A DNA stretch of 42,445 nt from the NCBI GenBank assembly GCA_051294375.1, contig JBJCIZ010000013.1:1-42445 (forward strand), read 5' to 3'. The translations under genes and the position numbers were made by a program. The DNA is from Paraspadella gotoi (Eukaryota > Animalia > Chaetognatha). Shown here piece after piece: positions 25,415 to 38,283 of the stretch (within the stretch, counting starts at the first letter, position 1; each line of letters starts with the position of its first letter). The notes beneath the pieces are model-generated. The model searched no databases and was not told the DNA's origin. It saw only the letters and a program-made list of their open reading frames with translations.

Positions 25415-26497
25415 ATGGATATAATATCTAAAGCTTGTTTAAAAATCGCTTCACGATTTTGTAATATGTCGATATGGGAAGCTTTCAGTGCTTGCAATGA
25501 AAACCCACCACGTTTAAAATGTATCGTTGACAATCTTAATGCTTCAACATCAACTAATCACGATCCCGCTCGTTGACAGAACCTTCGAAATAAACTTACT
25601 CCCACACAAGAAACTACTCTAGATGGAACCTCAGGATTTTTACCATTTACCAAAATAACCTCACTCCAACCACTTCGTTTCAAGTCACTGATGAGCCGGA
25701 GATTTTCGACTACCGAAGGATCGATTTCCATTGGTAACGGAAGAGACGGACGGACCGACCACCGTCGCGTCTGAATCAAAATTCGACTAAACCCTCTCCT
25801 CTTATCACGGAACATGAACATAATGTAACTAATATCTACACTACTGTTAAAACTCAGGAAGCTACATTAAAATCTACTGAGATGTTAAAAAATTTAAAGC
25901 ACTCTACCATAACCACGGAACATAACGTAACTCGGACCGTGGCCACCACTCCATTCCCTTTAATCGATCACCGACAAATACAAGTAACTAATCTTGCGGT
26001 ATACGCATTCACGGCTGTGCTGTGCTTCTAATTTTCATAGTCCTTCTGGCGATCAAGCAAAGAAGACAACGGAAAGCTGTAAGACATTTTTTATTCTATC
26101 ACATTATATAAAAAAGAAAGTAAGTTATAATCAAGGTGGTTTTATTTTTAAGTGGAACAAACGATTTAATCGTCGTGACAATTCAAAATTCGAAGAATTC
26201 CATTCCGTTCCTGTTGTCTCTCTCGACGCACCGATTCCGCCTCCGCGACGTCGAAAGTACAAGCACAAGCTTGGTAACCTATTTTCTTTTATCTACACTG
26301 TCTACATAGAACAATATATTTTCTTTAATTAATTCCATTTACTTTTACTTTTAGACCGCATTATCACGATAAAGGCTGAGGTTCACTCCGAATCTCCTAA
26401 AGAACTTGAATTGTCAACTTTCAAACCCAAACCTCAAGAGGGCAATACACAATCAATTTTTTCTACTCCAAGTCATTTCACCTCGACGAAGCTATAG
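25415..26497 (+). CDS. Mucin-like Ser/Thr-rich single-pass membrane protein (1 intron; frameshifted in this copy)
   Basis: Same sequence as 37204-38283: Cys-containing N-terminus, T/S-rich stalk, hydrophobic helix followed by KQRRQRK, intron ~26273-26354. Confidence 0.65.
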
Positions 26498-26575
26498 CGT
26501 CTCTCTCTTTCTCTTTCTCTCTCTCTCTCTTTGCTCGCTCTCTCTCTCTCTCTCTTCTCACTCTCTCTCTCTTTT

Positions 26576-26613
<38 letters not shown>

Positions 26614-27029
26614 TCTCTCTACCAACTGTTTTTTTTTAACGTAAGGTTACCATTCATTTTTTTCTAAATAAAAATCTGCAATTTTGTAAAATCCAATCTT
26701 GCTTGTTAAAATATTTTATTAAAATTAAATATGTCATATTAAAATTTGGAATAATAATTATTTAATTAAATTTAAACGCTTGATAAAAGAAAAAAAAAAC
26801 GAAAAATTTATAAGCTAAGTTTGAACAAAAAGTCAGTTTTTAACTTTCAATTTTACTATTGAGTTTTCTCCGAGAGCAAAAAAATATGAGAGAGATAGAG
26901 AATTTTGGAGAACTTTGAAACCACAGATCGAAGAAACTTTTTCTTTCCCAGCTAAATCGAGATTTAAATTTTTCCAAGTTTTGTCTGACGAATCTTGCTT
27001 TACTCTTCGGATCGGTTTCGAGCTCCGAG

Positions 27030-27214
27030 ATTTGACTTTACATTTTGGCCGCTCGAAAATCCGAGATTCATTTTTACTTTTCGGACCGCTTTCGAGTTGC
27101 GGGATTTTTCTTACTTTTCTGGGCGATCGAAAATTCCGAGATTAGTCTAACTTTTTCGAGCGATCGAAAATCCCGAATCCTATTTCAGTCGACTTCGAGG
27201 TTTCCCTTACTACT
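27030..27214. repeat. Right terminal region: ~35-bp imperfect repeats ending in ACTACT (putative TIR / replication origin)
   Basis: Units like TTTT.GGCCGCTCGAAAATCCGAGATT, TTTTCTGGGCGATCGAAAATTCCGAGATT, TTTTTCGAGCGATCGAAAATCCCGAAT. Left partner not in window. Confidence 0.75.
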
Positions 27215-27500
27215 GTGGAAATTAGTTTAAATTGAAAAAACATAAGTCGAATTTACTAAAATCTTTTTACTTATTTTAACCAATAAATACTCCAAATTAA
27301 TCATAATTGGATGGATAGATTGAGTTGAAATTTTGTGTGTGGGGAGGAAAACGTATGACGAAGCTTGATATAAGTTTCAGTGGAAACGTACCAGTGGAAA
27401 TGAGTTTAAATGAAAAAATATGAGTCACATTTACTTGAATCTTTTTATTTATTTTAACCCATGATAGATTGAGATGAAATTTTGTGAGCCGGTAGGAAAG
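27215..27500 (+). repeat. Host ~180-bp diverged direct repeat flanking copy 1
   Basis: GTGGAAATTAGTTTAAATTGAAAAAA.. at 27215 recurs as GTGGAAATGAGTTTAAATGAAAAAA.. at 27394. Confidence 0.7.
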
Positions 27501-27604
27501 TGAGTGAAGAAGCTAGATATAAAGTTTTGACGGAATGCAAGTTGAAAAAATTATGCAAGTTAAAAAAATCTGAAAAGCATAAGGATCGTCGCTATTGCAT
27601 AAAA

Positions 27605-27635
<31 letters not shown>

Positions 27636-27809
27636 GAGAGAGAGAGAGAGAGTGAGAGAGAAAGAGAGAGAGTGAGAGAGAGAGAGAGAGAAGGAGACAT
27701 AAAATAAAAAAATCTTAAAAGACTCAAGATCGAGCCAGAGCCCACTATCATAGAAAATTAATGAAAAAAACCGGGAAAAAAACGAATGAATCATGCGATA
27801 ACGAATTGT

Positions 27810-28015
27810 TGATGTACTAGTAATTGATTGAGGTAATACTAATTGATTGATGTAATAGTAATTTATTGATGTAATAGGAATTGATTATTGATTCGATGAT
27901 AATCAATTATTGATGCGATGATAGTCATTCACTGCTGTGATGATAGTCATTCAGTGATGCGATGATTGTCATTCATTGATGCGATGATTGTCATTCATTG
28001 ATGCGAATGATAGTC
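27810..28015 (+). repeat. Minisatellite: 18-bp then ~21-bp units (TGATGCGATGATTGTCATTCA)
   Basis: Direct tandem units visible. Confidence 0.8.
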
Positions 28016-28043
28016 AATAAAACAAACAAATGCGTGTATGAGT

Positions 28044-28099
<56 letters not shown>

Positions 28100-28104
28100 A
28101 AGAA

Positions 28105-28151
<47 letters not shown>

Positions 28152-28606
28152 AAGAGAATAAATCCATGAAAATCTCGGATGAAAATATGGGATTTTGTAT
28201 TGAAAAAAAGCGCGGAATAAATGGCAATAATAAAAAGTTTTTAGAAGGAAAAAAATAATCAGAATTTTTCCAAAAAACAAACGATCACGCAAAAGATTGG
28301 ACAGATAGGGACAGACACACCAGAGAGACAGAGAGACAGAGAGAGAGAGAGAAAAAGAGAGAGAGAGAGAGACAGTCGCTGCAGAGAAAAAGAGAAAGAG
28401 AAAGAGCGATATATAATAATTAAAAGAGAGAGAGAGAGAGAAGCTCTACAGCCCCTTTACTCGTTAAAGAATCAGCAGTACTTAAGGCGCCGCACGTAGC
28501 GTGAGCTATTCTCTACCCCAAAGGACCCCGGGTTCGCGCCCTGTTCGCGGCATCGTTTTTTACATTAGTGAACCCACATTATATCTAAAAATTTTTTGTA
28601 AAAAAA

Positions 28607-28650
<44 letters not shown>

Positions 28651-29179
28651 AGCTGGACAGACGCTGCAGAGCCGGAACTCGTTTTTAGAAGAAGCAGTGA
28701 CGGAGAAAAAGAGAGAGAGAGAGAGCGACATATAATTAAAACGTTTTTGTTTTGTAAATAAAACATAAACAAATACCAATATTGATATGAAACATGAGAA
28801 TTTTAAAGATCTGATGATTAGAAGCCATATATGAAAATTCAACTCCCTATGATATCACACTTTCAGAAGCCATGATTGCAAAAAAGCGAGACCGAAAGCT
28901 AAACCGAAAAAAAATCTAGACAGGACGGGCTTTGCCCGCCTGGCTCGATAATAGAGGATATTTGTTTGTTTTGATAAAATGCAAACAAAACATTTAATAA
29001 CTGTCCTGACTCAATTTTAAGGACATCGATGATGACAAGCTGAATATAAATTATAATTAATCTATTAATTAATTAATTAATTAATTAATCAATTAATTAA
29101 TTAATTATCGTAGGCAGATCCGACATTGTTTGCNNNNNNNNNNNNNNNNNNNNNNNNNGAAGAAGAAGATTATAAGTTA

Positions 29180-29815
29180 ATGATAAATAAAATTATTAAA
29201 ATTTTATAAAATTTATATGAGCTTTTTGAAATATAAAATAAAAGATTAATAAAAATATTTTGGTACAGTTTATTATCTAAATTTTATTAATGTTTTATAA
29301 AAGTTAGTTAACTATATTTATTAATAATTAATAAGTAAAATTGGGCTAAAGTTAAAAAATAATCATTTCAAAATTTTTTTCAATGAGTTTGCAATTCTTT
29401 GGCAAAAAGTTGATATAAGAAAATATAATTTTTAAATCAAAAATTAAATGTCATTAAGTTGGTCAAAATTCAGAAAAACTATAATTTTAAGCCAAAATTG
29501 AAATAATAAAACAAAAAATAATAGTTGTTAATATTTTTAACCTACTTAAATGAAAGAATTTTTTAAATGGATTCATATTTTCTTATAATCAACTTTTTGT
29601 AAGGAATTCAATCTGGTTTTATAAAAATTTTTAAAAATTTTTATTTTTTCAACTTTAGCTTATTTTTTATTATTATTTATTAATAAATATAGCTAACAAA
29701 CTATTAATAAAAATATAAAATTTGTAAATAAACTTACAAAATTATTTATATGGTCTTTAATTTTCATATTTAATGTAAGTAAATATGGCTTTTATAAAAT
29801 CTTAATAATTTGAGT
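29180..29815. mobile_element. AT-rich foldback/MITE-like imperfect palindrome
   Basis: GCTAAAGTTAAAAAATAA (29345) pairs with TTATTTTTTCAACTTTAGC (29641); AAAAAGTTGATATAAGAAAATAT (29404) pairs with ATATTTTCTTATAATCAACTTTTT (29575); centre ~29500. Confidence 0.6.
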
Positions 29816-30077
29816 TTCTTATACTCTAGCAATGTTTGCTCCATTTTAATAGCACCTTAATATGCTGCAAAAAAATCGTCATTTCCGAACAAAGAAGATG
29901 AGACTATACAAAAAAATGGTTATCAATCATCAGAATTCACAGACTTTAATTAACACTAAAATAGCTATGTACCTCACTTGATTTGTTATAATTTTCGTTA
30001 TTTTTAACTTAGCCCTAACGAACATGAACCACAGGGTTTCTTCACCTTCACCCCCATCTCCCCCCCCATTTGCTCAG

Positions 30078-31453
30078 CTTTTCTTCCTCAAATTGCAAAA
30101 GAAAATAAAGGCCACAGAATTATTGCAGTGTTCCAAGATTTACATTCAAGGTCATATCAATTTGTATGATTAAGTATTTCACCTGGAGTAGTGGTAATCT
30201 CTTTATTATTTTTTAAATAAAGGTATATCTCACTTCAAATGCAACAAACAGCTACAGCAAAAAGAGACGCTTGCAAGTTTCAAAGCCTGTTTAACTGAAT
30301 TCAACTATCACAAACTACCGCTACTTTGCAAGTGATAGGTAAAACACCTTCACATTACAGAATTGTCTTGTCGGTGATAAAATATACATAACTCTTTTAT
30401 CTTGTAGAGGATCGGAATTTAAAAAATTTTGTGGCCTCTCTGAAAAAGGACTACAATATTCATACTTACCACACTTCTCTCTCCATCGCCCTAAAATTTC
30501 GATAATTGAGAGAACAATTCGCACTGGTGATTAAAATGATTGATTGATTGTTTAATTGACTTATTTGATGGATTTGTGAATTAATTGAAATTATTTATTA
30601 TGTTTATTTAGTGAAAAATATCTTTTCAAGTTTTTGATCGAATTTCGTACCTACGATTATCAACATAATACTCAAGGTAATTTATATTTTTTCTTGACGG
30701 TTTGACTGAATTCATAACTATCTCTGTCCCTTACCTTCTCTTCCACCCCATTGACTCCTTAGATCGTGGGCTCACGAGTTTAACAATCGAAAATCAAAAA
30801 GCTCTTTTCAATCGAACGCCGACAGAGGTTTTCTTCAATCCTCATTTTGACTCACTCATTTTAAAAAGAGGCTTGGTATATTTTTCAGGCACCAGAAAAG
30901 GCCAAGAGTATTTATGCTGACTTACCCAATCAACAACGTCTTAAAGTGGGAGACAGAGTTCTTTTAAAGCTTATAAGATCAAAACTCAGTAAAGAACCTC
31001 AGCGCTTTACCCAATTTTCTCCAAAAATCTCTACACAGTTGAAACGATAGATAGGAAATACTATCCATTTACCTATTCATTGAAAGAGATACCAACAGCA
31101 GGACGCCGATTCTATGGTTCGAACTCCTTAAGGTTGAAGAAGAATACTTTCCAAGAGAAACAGTGCGAAAAACCAAAACAAGCGGGGAAGCAAGCAAAAA
31201 GCTTAACCCAAGTGATAGAGAAGAACCAATAAAAGTTGTTGACGTACACATTATCACGGACAAATCAACTTCTCTTCGAAGTGGAAAAACGTTAAAAGGA
31301 AGGGAAAAAATTACTTATACTATAAAAAGGTTTGGGAAGGAGGAAGTAGTCTCTCCAGAAACTCTCAATACTTTCATTCGGGTCTTTGGTCGAGATATTC
31401 TTGAATATAGTGACAATTTTAATGATAACATAAAGGGACAATATCTCATATAA
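30078..31453 (+). pseudogene. Integrase exons 2-6, copy 2 (lacks exon 1 with first catalytic Asp; frameshifted)
   Basis: Matches 18304-19685. Confidence 0.85.
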
Positions 31454-31466
31454 ATAATCAACAAAA

Positions 31467-32996
31467 ATGGCAAGCATCTACACTATAAACTTATCTAACA
31501 GAGAAATGGAAAATATGAATAACCAAGAAATATCAACTGCAACCGAGCTTAATTTGATATTGGACAATAATCTCGATCTTAACAGAGAACTGCTCTATCT
31601 GAAGAGCCTCGTGCAGAAATAGCTGTCAGTGAAGTTATCATTAATCAGTTGCCACTTACATTCACGGGGATGGAACTTATCGATTTATCACTAGTCATAC
31701 CTAAAAGAAATTGGTCTTACAAATTGGGTCTTAGCCCCTAAAGACATTGATGTATTAAATTCTTCTATAATAAGTGTGATGGTTCCACAGTTTTCTACCC
31801 CAGATAGAAAGATCGCATTGGATTTTATCAACAATTTTTTGAGTCATACTCTTAACAAATATCTAATCTCAAGGTTCCTCCCCATCATTACTGATTGGAC
31901 GTCATGAAAATGACATTCACCCAACATCTGATTTCACTGACAATGACCTGGCTCTGATATCGTGGTATCTGAATTGTGCCGTGTATGTGAGAGAAGTCCT
32001 CAATAAAATATTACTTACATATCTAAAACAAACGGAAGTTACTGAACAAAATGGGAATTTGATACCAACAACATCATATCTGAAGCTAAGGAACTTTCTC
32101 TTCTCAAAGATTCACCCTGTCTCAAACCGAAAATGGAAAGAAAACATACAGTGATAAAACTGATAGATTTTTCTGTCTATCATGATTTTGATTTTTCAAG
32201 CAGTAACACAAACCCAAACCAACCAAAGAACACTCCGCTACGGACTAAAATAATTTCTTGGCTCGACCTCATAAAAGCCGTTATAACAACAGAGGATGGT
32301 GAATTAACTGAGCGGAGTCTTAAAAACCTGGAAAACTTAATGAAACATAATAACGACTTACTCTCTTTCGCTAAACTGTTGAAAAAGTCCCTTTCAAGAA
32401 AGAAAATTGACCATCATTTCATTGAGTTTCGACTCAACAAAGCAGACCAAAAGTGTGACTTCCTTTTTCACTTTAACAACTTTGCAAAGATCAACAATAA
32501 AATTCAGATAGATATTAGCTTTGACCAAAGAAACCTCTCATGTACTAGGATCAGACCGCTCAGAAAAGTTAAGACTCACCATCACTACTATTAATGAATC
32601 CCCACCCCAAGAGAAAATCGCTTCTACAATAATTCACCCATCCCAGTCCTTACCTTTCGCGGTGGCCCCTAATCCACGCATTCTCTATTTCCTAACAGAT
32701 TTAACTTCAAATGAATGTCACCTTCAAGACCTTCGCTTGAAAAATACTGAGTTTGAACATTTAAGAATATTCTATTCTCACATCATTACCCAAGAAGATA
32801 TATCCAGAAGGATGCTTTGTCAATCAAATCAATCAGTCACTGATTGCTCCTTTCACAGAATAAAGAAAGCGAAAAACTTTATTTCCTCATTTAGAATGCT
32901 AATATTGATGAAATGTTTAACAAAGTATGGTTTCCAAAAAGAACATATTTAGATATTTCCCTTTTTATTAAACCAGTTCCCGTTGATGATCTATAG
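31467..32996 (+). CDS. Minor capsid protein, copy 2 (frameshifted as assembled)
   Basis: Matches 19699-21231 with several 1-nt indels. Confidence 0.72.
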
Positions 32997-33007
32997 TACA
33001 TAAATTT

Positions 33008-33056
<49 letters not shown>

Positions 33057-33171
33057 AAGTCAGACATCTTTCTCTCTCTCTCTCTGTCTCTCTCTCTCTC
33101 TCTCTCTTCTTTCTTTCTTTACAACAACCAAACACTAATTTTGTTTGTTTTCTTTCTTTCTCTTTCAGAAT

Positions 33172-33478
33172 ATGAGTTGGTACAACAACATTTCTCAAGC
33201 TCAGGAAAATAATTCTGACATTGTGCATCTTTTAGCACCATTGTTAGAAACAACAGCAAATACCACAGAATCGGTGAGCGAATCAAAACAACAACAAAAA
33301 CAGCCACCGAAACAAAAACAACCAAAACCAAAATCCGAACCTTCCGTCTCAAACAAACAAACTCAACCGCGAAAGAATCAATCAACTGGAAAAAAAAGAA
33401 CAGTTACTGAAACTCAAACATCACCAAACGTGAATAAAAAAAAAAAAAACCAAAGTAACAGCATTTAACTTTATCTAA
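33172..33478 (+). CDS. Small basic protein, copy 2
   Basis: Matches 21393-21701; indel in poly-A near the end. Confidence 0.55.
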
Positions 33479-33505
33479 CACTGATAAGGAAAAAAAGAAG
33501 AAAAG

Positions 33506-35604
33506 ATGACGACTGCACAGCCCACTCAAATTCCAAATTTTGAGTCCCCAATCGAATTCGTTACCCCCCAAATTACTTCATTACTTTCGGACAAAAAATA
33601 TATAGAAGATGGTATTTCTTACAATGCTTATATAAGGGTTAATCCAGGTAAGCAGACTGACCACAAAATATTCTATTTATCATGAATTAAAACAATATAC
33701 CTAGACATGATAAATCTTTTCAGACGACCCTGGCGAACTTTCACGTGGCTCCCGCCTCTATAAGTTTTCACCTCTGTGAAAAATCAGCCTTTCTAAATCC
33801 GTCTCGATGTTTTATTGACCTTTTTTTTCACGTGACGGGGGAAGATGGAAGCGCATTAAATTGGGACAAAAGGAACTTTAGTTCTCTCTGTCCACCCTCA
33901 ACATTCACTTATAGATTCCTTGAGTATGGTGGTTGGACAATGCCAATTAATCAAAGAAGATTCAAATTATGGTACTATCGCAAGAGTTTTATACCTGACC
34001 AAATATTCCAAAAGAAGCAGGTATGACTATGAATACATAGCCACTTATTATTCCCTGCTATTTATCATAATAAATATACATTTTTTTCTTCACAGAGATT
34101 CTTTTTTACGCACCTTTGAGGATTTGACGAGGACACCGACGAAAGCGGTAGTTTTAATTCTCTCACTTTCATTAGTAAACAAATTAACCAAACTTTATAA
34201 AATATTTTTACCAGGAGATGAGGATACAACCAACCTTTATAAGACTGTAACTACTGGTACAGCCCCAGATACGCAAACGGTTTACCTTCCTTTGAATGGA
34301 GCTGCTCGCAGATCGAAAGATATGCTGGCAAAAAAAACGGTCAAAGTTCGTTTTCAACTCTTTTCGCCCTTCTCTAGCATGAATGCTCTGATTCCTTCAG
34401 GCGTCGATGTCTCAATCCGCCTATATCTCACAACAAGTAAATTAATGAACAATTAACTGTTAAAAATTTAAATTTATTAATTCTTTTTTGTATAAGATGA
34501 AAAATTCTTCTATACGAGCGATAGCGCGATAAAACCACGATTCACCGTAACAGGTAGAACTATAAAATGAAATCAAAATGCAACATTTTTGCAAAAATTG
34601 ATCATTTATTCTTTTTTATTTTCACGTTAAACAGCTGCCACACTTTGGTTCAACGCTTTGCTCCTAAAAGAACCTATATTACAACAAATTGAGCGTCGTT
34701 TAGTTCAGAGCCCATTACAAATCAACTATACATCTTACTTTTGTAAACTCCATACGATTCCACAAGGTTTTTTACAGAACACTATTTCATATTATATTTA
34801 GAATTAAACTAATCTTCAGCTTTAAAGTTAAGGTTTAAGATTTAGCTTTTAGGTTTAGCTTTGGAAAGTTTGGATTACAATTTAGTTACGTTGTCATCCT
34901 TATCACTAGGTCTGAACAATATCACGCTCAACGTAGGCCTGAAAGATGAATTCTCCTCCGTCATAATGATCCTTCAAAAGAATAAGACACTGGTCGGGTC
35001 GCTGGAATCGAATTTATTCCGATTCAAGAGACACAACTTAAAGAGATGTTACTTAGATTGTGGCTTATCAATAAAGGTAAGCAAGAAATTTAACTTCTTT
35101 TCCAACAAAAATATTTCTCTAAATATAGTCTTTACTTGATCACTATCTAGATACCGTCTCTCCATCTTGGCCACATTGGTGACACACCCGGATACAATTT
35201 TGAAGATGAGTGGAACAGAAAAGCTTCTTACTTATACGCGATGGGTAGGAACAATCGTTATTGTAGTCTCGGGATTCACCATTGAGCCCAATTTATTTTT
35301 TATTCCTTTCACCTCAGACGTAATGGGGTTGCTCACACGCGAAGGAACGCAAGGATTTGGACCTTCTGTGTTCTACGACAGTAACTTCTTTTTACCATTT
35401 AAATTGAGCCCTAGTATTAATACAACATCAAGTGATAACATCATACAGCGCCCGACAAATGCCAACAACAAATATAAACTTTATTTAGAATTTGAGAACC
35501 AAACAACTTATGTCATAACGGTGGTTCTCATATACGAACAAAGCCGAAGTATCAAGATCACGAATGACCGTCTTGTTTTTAGATCAACCGATATTGATCA
35601 GTGA
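33506..35604 (+). CDS. Major capsid protein, copy 2 (same 8 introns; a few indels)
   Basis: Matches 21729-23828. Confidence 0.85.
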
Positions 35605-35631
35605 TTCATTTATTTTTAACCATAAAACATA

Positions 35632-36164
35632 ATGGATTATACCAAGAATGAACTCATTACTTCAAACTCCGATTTGGAGCAAATCTTAAAAAAAAATATT
35701 GCATGTTATAAGGCAACATTGAACGGAAAACTTATTTTATCATTTGACGAATTAAAGGATTTAAATCTTAGAAAGAACAACAACAAAAAAATTGTCATAT
35801 TTATTAACACCTTGAAAGATTCAAGCCAAACAGTTGGGCACTGGATAATTTTAGGGATTTCTTTCTCTGAAGGTTTGGCAATAATAATTGACCCACTTGC
35901 CACAATTCATAAAAACATAGAAGTTGTTAGGTCAATAAAAACGTTCTGTTTAAAACATTTATTAAAAATAAAAGATTTACACATTAAGACTCAGACTAAG
36001 TCGTCAAAAGCTTGTGGAATCAACTGCATCTATTTTTTTATAAAATAGCTCATTGTAATAATATCACCTCACTTTACCATTTAAAATCTGTACTTACTCA
36101 ATACTGTGTAAAAACAATTGAAAATCATGTTTATAAGTTTGTCCTTAAAAAATTTATTTTATAG
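35632..36164 (+). CDS. Adenain-like cysteine protease, copy 2
   Basis: GHW..DP..TQTKSSKACG; one indel in a T run near 36035. Confidence 0.85.
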
Positions 36165-36183
36165 ATCTATTCCTTTATAAGTT

Positions 36184-36819
36184 ATGGAAGAAACTGTAGA
36201 AAACAATCGCGTCATCATAATAACACGGTTGAGAAGGTTAAGACGAGAAATAATTATCTCCATCGCTTTTGTCAGTCTTATCATTTCAACCTGGCTCGGG
36301 CTCGAATTTCCAAGACCATTCGGGCAAGTTGATCCTAATCTAAATATCACAATCGCAACCTAAGCTTTTCCAACGCTTCTTCGCCGGCGGTCATGTTTAA
36401 TAGCAAGACCCTTGAATGGCCGCAATTCGACGTGAATTAGCCAACAAAAACGTCAACGTAGCAGCGCAAGAAAAAAACGTAAAAAGAAGGGAAAGAAAAA
36501 GGTAAGGAAATAAAACTTTTTAGCATCTTAATTCTAATACCTTAACTCACATCTGTTAAACTTAGGGTGGATCAGTGGTTAAAAAACCACTTAAAGCCCC
36601 ACGCAAAACACCGACGGGTAGAAAAAGAAAAAAATGATAGCAACAAAACTGTAAGTTAATAAATAAGTGTCTTGAGTGGTCTCTATGCCTGTGAAGATAT
36701 TATATTTTATCCTTCTTTACCCTTCCCTCCCTTTTCCTCATTTTTCAGTCCGTTGATCCGACAAAGTGAAAGAAGAAGAAGCGAATAAGAAAAAATCAAA
36801 TTTGTCACAAACGTCATAA
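36184..36819 (+). CDS. Lys/Arg-rich putative core protein, copy 2
   Basis: Matches 24402-25029. Confidence 0.48.
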
Positions 36820-37203
36820 TGCGTTGCAGCATTTCTTAAAATAAATACAAATTAAATTTCCTTTTTTAAAGAAATAAAGAGATATATAAACAGTGTCCTT
36901 TTTTCTATCTTACTTACTAATAAGTGAGTTATATTTAACAGCTATGTACACTAGTTAAAAAAAAATTCAATATACATTTTATCATGAAAAATAATCATTG
37001 AAGCATCATTCAGCTTTTTATTCTAAAAACATAAAAAGAAAAGTTGGTCACCACATTAAATCATTCTTATCAGTGACATAGTTTTGTTTTCTTTTCTTTT
37101 TGTTTTTGTTTTTTTTTTCATTTTAACTCCTTGATTCCAAGCCATTTTCTGAATAAAAATTAGTTTCACACATTCTCTCTCTCTCTCTCTCTCTCGTTAA
37201 AAA

Positions 37204-38283
37204 ATGGATATAATATCTAAAGCTTGTTTAAAAATGCTTCACGATTTTGTAATATGTGATATGGGAAGCTTTCAGTGCTTGCAATGAAAACCCACCACGT
37301 TTAAAATGTATCGTTGACAATCTTAATGCTTCAACATCAACTAATCACGATCCCGCTCGTTTGACAGAACCTTCGAATAAACTTACTCCCACACAAGAAA
37401 CTACTCTAGATGGAACCTCAGGATTTTTACCATTTACCAAAAATAACCTCACTCCAACCACTTCGTTTCAAGTCACTGATGAGCCGGAATTTTCGACTAC
37501 CGAAGGATCGATTTCCTTGGTAACGGAAGAGACGGACGGACCGACCACCGTCGCGTCTGAATCAAATTCGACTAAACCCTCTCCTCTTATCACGGAACAT
37601 GAACATAATGTAACTAATATCTACACTACTGTTAAAACTCAGGAAGCTACATTAAAATCTACTGAGATGTTAAAAAATTTAAAGCACTCTACCATAACCA
37701 CGGAACATAACGTAACTCGGACCGTGGCCACCACTCCATTCCCTTTAATCGATCACCGACAAATACAAGTAACTAATCTTGCGGTATACGCATTCACGGG
37801 CTGTGCTGTGCTTCTAATTTTCATAGTCCTTCTGGCGATCAAGCAAAGAAGACAACGGAAAGCTGTAAGACATTTTTTATTCTATCACATTATATAAAAA
37901 AGAAAGTAAGTTATAATCAAGGTGGTTTTATTTTTAAGTGGAACAAACGATTTAATCGTCGTGACAATTCAAAATTCGAAGAATTCCATTCCGTTCCTGT
38001 TGTCTCTCTCGACGCACCGATTCCGCCTCCGCGACGTCGAAAGTACAAGCACAAGCTTGGTAACCTATTTTCTTTTATCTACACTGTCTACATAGAACAA
38101 TATATTTTCTTTAATTAATTCCATTTACTTTTACTTTTAGACCGCATTATCACGATAAAGGCTGAGGTTCACTCCGAATCTCCTAAAGAACTTGAATTGT
38201 CAACTTTCAAACCCAAACCTCAAGAGGGCAATACACAATCAATTTTTTCTACTCCAAGTCATTTCACCTCGACGAAGCTATAG
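37204..38283 (+). CDS. Mucin-like single-pass membrane protein, copy 2
   Basis: 213-aa open stretch 37256-37897: T/S-rich stalk, sequons NAS, NLT, NST, NVT x2, TM LAVYAFTGCAVLLIFIVLLAI, then basic stop-transfer KQRRQRK. Confidence 0.72.

Larger units (their letters stand above)
1..27214 (+). mobile_element. Maverick/Polinton endogenous virus, copy 1 (left end outside window)
   Basis: Co-occurrence of pPolB, DDE integrase, minor capsid, major capsid and adenain-like protease genes. Right end ...TTTCCCTTACTACT (27209-27214 = complement of the canonical AGTAGT terminus); identity with copy 2 stops exactly here. Confidence 0.93.

Noticed and set aside
27513-28842. LSLSLS/ERERER ORFs
   Set aside because: Products of (AG)n microsatellites.
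28915-28955. Hairpin CAGGACGGGC-TTT-GCCCGCCTG as a Helitron 3' end or terminator
   Set aside because: No CTRR end at the expected distance and no other Helitron evidence; bacterial terminators are irrelevant in this eukaryotic DNA.
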